Source: Trichosphaerium sp. ATCC 40318 (Eukaryota; Protista; Tubulinea). From it: a stretch of DNA of 42,678 bases. Of the stretch, positions 37,308 to 42,678 are shown in pieces. Each line of letters begins with the position of its first letter. Position 1 is the first letter of the stretch. The notes beneath the pieces were generated by a model. The model did not search any database, was not told the DNA's origin, and saw only the letters and a program-made list of their open reading frames with translations. Location: the NCBI GenBank assembly GCA_038496445.1, contig JALMLS010000337.1:1-42678 (forward strand), written 5' to 3'. The position numbers and the translations under genes are program-made.

Positions 37308-38339
37308 CAGTAGTAAAATAGAAATGGGAATTTTTAAGTAATCCACCCTGTTTTCCTATGGGAAAAGTAGACGGAAAAACTCTTCCTTAATTCCCATTGA
37401 ATTTATATGAAATTCCGTAAGTATTACTCATAGAATTCTTAAAGTATTACTTTTGGAATTGTGTATGTATTTTATATAGAATTCTCTATGTATTCTTTAT
37501 AGCATTTTTTAATGTATTTTTTGTAGATTTCAATAAAAAATACTGTATAAATTACACAAAATATTATTCGATACTTTGGTTCAGATTTAATGCAAAGTCA
37601 TTTTATTTATTGATCATTACAAAATACACACATCCTAAATAATACGTACAAGTTAAATACATCGTGTCTTCATAAACGAAAGAAGTAATTTGATTGCATT
37701 TGGTTTTGAGAGCCTGAACAATAATTAATGCGTTTGTAAACGCTAAATTAAGAATGCATAGGGTTTTTTGATAAATTAAGTGGAAATAAGCTTTAAAAAC
37801 AACGTACTTGGAGTTAATGCTTTAAATACATTCTTTAATGGTGTAATAAGGCTGTTGCAATGCTTTAATCATCCTAAAACAGATAAGTAAGAGATATTTA
37901 TGTTTAAGTGATTTTCCAAACCACCTAAAACGCGTTCTCTGTTACTTTTTGGATTAACGCACTTTAACCTGTACCATTGGTTTTTGCACCTTTAATAATA
38001 GCATGTGGATATTGTTTGCTAGAAAAACCTATGTACCTAAGGTGTCGATGGTTTTTTGCAAATATAAAACTAAACCCTAACCCTAACTTAATTTGTACTT
38101 TCATAAACCTCAACCCTAGCCCTAACCCTAACCCTAACTAAATTAGTACATTATTTGCTGGATTTTGTACAATAATTCTGAAAATTCCGTATTTAAGGGA
38201 ATATTATGGTAATTCTATCAAAAATCCTGCCATAAAAAAAAATAAAAATAAGAATTCTTCACAAATTACCTTAAAAATCCCTAAAACAAAGGAATTTAGT
38301 GGGATTTATATCCAAAATCCTGTTTTCATTTTACCACTG
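37308..38339. mobile_element. Non-autonomous TIR element D, 1032 bp, TSD AT, inserted in the LINE 5' UTR
   Basis: Imperfect TIR cagtagtaaaat / attttaccactg; at on both flanks; removal restores a 5'-UTR hairpin. Confidence 0.75.
38073..38138 (+). repeat. Telomere-like (CCCTAA)n tracts inside element D
   Basis: aaccctaaccctaac and aaccctagccctaaccctaaccctaac. Confidence 0.8.
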
Positions 38340-38401
38340 ATAATAGTTAGAACGTAAAATAGTGAAGAGGTGATGCACTCCCCGCGCAGTTAAGGCGGGC
38401 T

Positions 38402-38843
38402 CACTATCTGACCACTGTTATCCCATACCCTAAATATGCCTTCTTCTTCTCCATTAAGCATCTCTCCTTTTAAATATCTTCCATCACTGTACCACCTCTT
38501 CAATGAACCGTGTTTCAAACCTTTCGAAAAAAATTGTTCACAAACTAAGTTGCTGGAGTCATCCCATTTCTTCTCTTTGCCATGCTTCATTCCTTGTTTC
38601 CATGTTACTATTCCTTTAATCACACCGTTTTTATGCCATTTACGCCATTCTCCATTCTTTTGGAGCAGCGAATCAAAACGAGTCATCAAAGCACTTGTTT
38701 TACATAACGTAGGCCTACAACTAGGCATCAGCAACATAAATAGAGTACACAACATGCCACATGATGAATACTTCCTTATCTAAGTTACATATAATTATTT
38801 GAAGTTCAGATGGTAACCACAAAAGCCCAGGTATTGCTTGCAT
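38402..38843 (-). pseudogene. MORN-variant repeat gene, 5' half, with F-box-like N-terminus
   Basis: ATG at 38843 gives MQAIPGLLWLPSELQIIICNL... then a stop; a downstream frame has KHGKEKKW/KHGSLKRWYSDG MORN-type repeats. Confidence 0.75.
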
Positions 38844-38889
38844 TGTACAAAAGAAAAAATATGAGGCATTGACTTATTCTCATAAGCCA

Positions 38890-40606
38890 TGGACTGCTTC
38901 TTAGTTGAACTTAATGTAGCCAGTGAACAATATAAATATGATCAAAATTAAATGTGAAAAGCCGAAAGCTTTCATTTTACAGCAGGATGACAATTTTTAA
39001 CACGTGTTTGTTCATTACATAAAATTAAATGTCAGAAAAAAGATAGGTATACAATGGACCGCCTTAGAAAGGTCCAGTTTGATGTTGTTGTATTAAGCAA
39101 GCTGGTTTTTTATTAAGTTGGAGATACAGACGCTGTAAAAGTTTGTTTTGGGAGAGAGTAAGGAAATATACGTTGTCTCAAAGAAGGTACAAGAAAAAAA
39201 AGTAAAGTCAAGATGATAAGTAATAACACAATAAGCACAACGATTATGATAACAAATACAGGGAACGACGCATCTCCCACCTTTGATTGAGTGCATTTTG
39301 GTCCAAAGAAAATTGAAAGTGTACCTTGTACACCTGAATTCTTATTGTAAGCACAACAAAAAAAAAAGGTTGTTTCTTTTCATTGTTTTCGTACTGTCTT
39401 GTATAAAGCATGCGCCATTTGAAGAGAGTGTAACATTATCAATAGAAACTGAGCATAAGCTGTTGTATGTAAATAGATCAATCGAAGAGTTAACCTATTT
39501 CATAATAAACACAAAAGTGTATCTAAAAATAAAAGAAAACTCAAAAAAAAGAAAGAACAAAAATGATATCACCGTACTTGTTCTGAAATGGTAATTGTGA
39601 CATTTCCATTAAAAGTTAGACATCCAGTAGTTACTACCTTTGACTCTTCGTTTACAATAATAACGTTATCAACGAATGTGACGTTTCCTGAACACAAATA
39701 CTGAGCGACAAAAAAATACGCAATAAAAAGCGAATGGTATTCACCAAAGAATGTGCTAATCAAAAGGACTTACCTAGGAAGTTAATTGTTTGACTGACAA
39801 TATTTGTATCTTCCATTACAATCTTTGGGGTGGTTATATCAGATTCACAATGAACAAACTGTAGTAGTTGCTCACAAGGCAAGTCGTTAAATCCTGTAAC
39901 AAAAAAATCAAAAACACAGTTTCGACGATTACAATTCTAGTTTGTTTAAGCATTGTAATCACGTGTTACCCTTTGTTGCAACTTCCAGGCACTTCTCAGG
40001 ATTTCCATTCGAGAAACTGGGTTCGCCTGCCTCAAAAAACATGTCCAAAAACTGTTTTGTGTTATTTTCTGCTGTAATTACAAACAGATCTGTTTGAGTC
40101 ATAGATACGTTGCTTGAAATCCAAAAGTAGGAAGACAACGCAACATAACAGGCATCACAACAATTTTGGCATCCAAGGCCGCAATCAGAACAGTTTCCCA
40201 AGTACAATGAAGGATCTTCAATGAGCATTACGCCCAGCCAATATTTTTCGTTTTGCGCATTAACTTGAGGTAAAAAGCTGTATGTCACGTTGTTTAGTAC
40301 TTCTATGAGATTAGATCCCCTTTATGATATAGATATTAACAAAGAGCTACCCGTAAATACGCTAGTGTCGCTATTAAAGACGGAACGTCGTAAAAAGTGT
40401 CCACGTGATAGCGAAAAGACGTACCTTGTTGAGCTAGAGCATTCAGATTTTGCTTCTTCCCAATTCGATCGGCCTTCTGTGTAGATTAACAACCCACATA
40501 ACATTAAGAACACTAGCGGAAATAGATAATTAAACGCCATTATTAAGTATGAAGATGCCCCGCCGTAAATAAAACTCACAATAACTGTTTTTGACCACGA
40601 AAAAAC
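38890..40606 (-). repeat. Right arm of the inverted segmental duplication (partner 22315-24003)
   Basis: Reverse-complement colinearity with the left arm. Confidence 0.9.
39113..40540 (-). CDS. C-type lectin-like domain type-I membrane protein, copy 2
   Basis: Same exon structure as 22381-23806; WEEAKSEC...YWLG...GEPSFSNGNPEKC. Confidence 0.8.
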
Positions 40607-41283
40607 ACGAATATTCTCGAGTATCTGAATTATCTGGAATCTAGAGATATCTTAGATATCTGAAAGTCTTTAACGATTGCTGCTTTCTGTACATAAGCTA
40701 TTAAATTAAACCATAATACTCTTGGCTTGTACGGTGTGCATAGATTTCGGAAAAAAATTTCTAGTTAAGTAGTTGCTTCAAGGCATAATTGGAACTGCCC
40801 TGAAGATATACCGTATTTGAGGTAGAAAAGTCCTGTTCCCTCTACCAAAACAACTATCTAAAAAGCACGGGTCAACAAGTATTCAAGCCCGACAGTTAGG
40901 AGTTTTTGGCGTGATGGGTGACAGGAGGCTCGACGAACGCACAAATCGTAGTTGGTAGAACTACCTACCTGAGTTATGGACTATATGACTAAAATGTCAA
41001 AAAAACACGTCGAAAAAATGTCAAAGTGATATTGAACTGTTCGCCACAAAGGGAGATAACTGGGTTCTGGCACTCAGTCGCCTCTAGGATCTACCTCCAA
41101 ACCTTCCCCGTAAAGCTAACAAGAGGGGCCTTTCTAAATAGTTCAAAGGATAATTTAGTGTCGAATTTTTGACTTTTTTTTGACAAAGTTCATTTGGGTT
41201 TCCGCAAGGAGTATGTTTTACACACTTTTAACATTTCTGCACCGTAGGTATTAATTCAATGTTATTTTAATATTTTATTTAAG

Positions 41284-42678
41284 TTATTCTGTACTCTGAC
41301 CATCTTCAAATAAACTTGCACCAGCATCTCCTGCCTTCTTTGCATAGAATGTGGCAGCTTCAATATATCCAAGTTTCTTAAGATGAAAAGCGTAATCCAA
41401 GTGTATTGACTTTAACAATGTCTCAAGTGCAACAACTTTATCATTATTACCAAGTGTTGCTAGTAAAAACAATAAGCAACACACAAGCTAGATATGAACA
41501 AAAAAAAAAGAGCTGTAATATTCCAAAACGAGCCTACAATGTTGCGCAGCAAATCACGTGTTGAAGACATCGCTAAGTCAAAAATGTATAAAAAGGTTTG
41601 TTGTTAACGTACTTCCTTCCGGTGCCTCATTAAGTAAATCACATTCCTGACATGCCCTAGCAAATAGAGTAGCAGTATCAAATTGTCTAAGCTTATGGAG
41701 AAGCTGTAAAACCTAGAAAAAAAAGAACAAAATAAGCAAGAATAAAAGTTACAATAAAGAAAGTTGTACCATATGGAACTCTCCTAGTGTAAGCAAGATA
41801 TCTATTGATAGTTCTATATTACCAACTAAAATAAGATATTGAACCCATCTCATCATTACTGTTGAACATTCTTCCTCCTTTAATGTTATCTTCGCAAGCC
41901 ATGCTGCATCAATCCATCTAACAGGGAAAAAAAATTAATCAATATAAACATTCAATTACAATAAATGACTACGAAGACATTTAACATATAAAAAGTGATA
42001 GTGATGGCTACACAATACCACCAAATAATCGCAAAAACATAGAATTATTCTAAGCAGAATCTGTGATGCAGAGTTTTAAGCAAAAACGAAAAAGAAAAAA
42101 AAATTCAGGAAAGAAAAAAAAAGTATACAATTCACATACCTATCATAAGACTGTAAGTATCTACAAGCGTCCAAGCTTTTATCAATAAGACATAATAATT
42201 GTACACCTTCATCAAGGTTACCATTAGCTATCAAATTCGTAGCAACAAGCTTAACCTAAAAGCAGAAAACATTAGAGAAAATAAAACACAAAATAAAAGC
42301 TGAGCTCAAGCGCCGTTGTGAGATACTTACAGTATTTCTGAATGTATCAGGAGAAAGAGCAGCTGATACCACACAAGCCTTTAAAGCATCAGAATAGAAC
42401 TTTGGATTATCACTAGGCGTTTCTAGAAGCATTTCTAATCAAGAGTGTTAAGGAACAATAGCGAGAAATGTAAAAAAAAACTTACCAATCGCTTTCTCCT
42501 TATTTCCAAGTAATAAATTAAACTCTGCTACTTTTTTAACCAAGTGATAACCAGAACCTACATAATAATGAAAATAGTTAAGATATGGATAATGAAGATC
42601 TTGAGAAAGATATGAGAAGCGAACCTTTTTTCTTTTCGTTTTTAGCTCTTTCAAGTTGACTTCTCTTACAAGCTCAGC
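41284..42678 (-). CDS. WDR11: WD repeat-containing protein 11, C-terminal exons (gene extends beyond the window)
   Basis: Spliced translation LLETPSDNPKFYSDALKACVV...KLVATNLIANGNLDEGVQLLCLIDKSLDACRYLQSYDRWIDAAWLAK...DYAFHLKKLG matches the WDR11 C-terminus as I recall it. Confidence 0.9.

Larger units (their letters stand above)
24502..38401 (-). mobile_element. Non-LTR retrotransposon (L1/Tx1-like, APE+RT), apparently full length, with nested insertions; ~6.9 kb after removing the TIR elements
   Basis: TSD cactatctgaccactgtt at 24484-24501 and 38402-38419; T-run 24500-24513 = poly(A) on -; AATAAA on - at 24543-24548; ORF1 and APE-RT ORF2 on the same strand. Confidence 0.93.

Noticed and set aside
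37268-38401. HDV-like or hammerhead ribozyme at the LINE 5' end
   Set aside because: Could not fit the nested double pseudoknot or the CUGAUGA/GAAA core by eye; kept only as a structured leader.

Overview
AT-rich eukaryotic DNA with many short GT-AG introns; gene content suggests an amoeba-like protist (inference). 1-24 kb is host genic DNA: three actin paralogues (the first with exon 2 inverted), an F-box/LRR gene, a 6-exon MAPEG/MGST3-like gene, two tandem surface-protein paralogues, a Ubl+F-box gene and a C-type-lectin membrane protein gene. An inverted second lectin copy lies at 39.1-40.5 kb and the 3' part of WDR11 closes the window. The centre (24502-38401) is one 13.9-kb compound insertion: an L1/Tx1-like non-LTR retrotransposon on the - strand with poly(A) and an 18-bp target-site duplication (TSD) that splits a MORN-repeat gene in frame. 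It was later hit by five non-autonomous TIR elements with CAG...CTG ends and 2-3-bp TSDs; removing them by hand rejoins ORF1 and the ORF2 C-terminus in frame. The most unusual item lies between the ORF2 stop and the poly(A): an intact, intron-containing gene for a 198-aa His-Cys-box (I-PpoI-like His-Me finger) endonuclease within an array of same-orientation TTCGAGGNCCTATAGGG motifs. The ORF track shows it only as two unconnected fragments. All calls are by eye; no searches were run.
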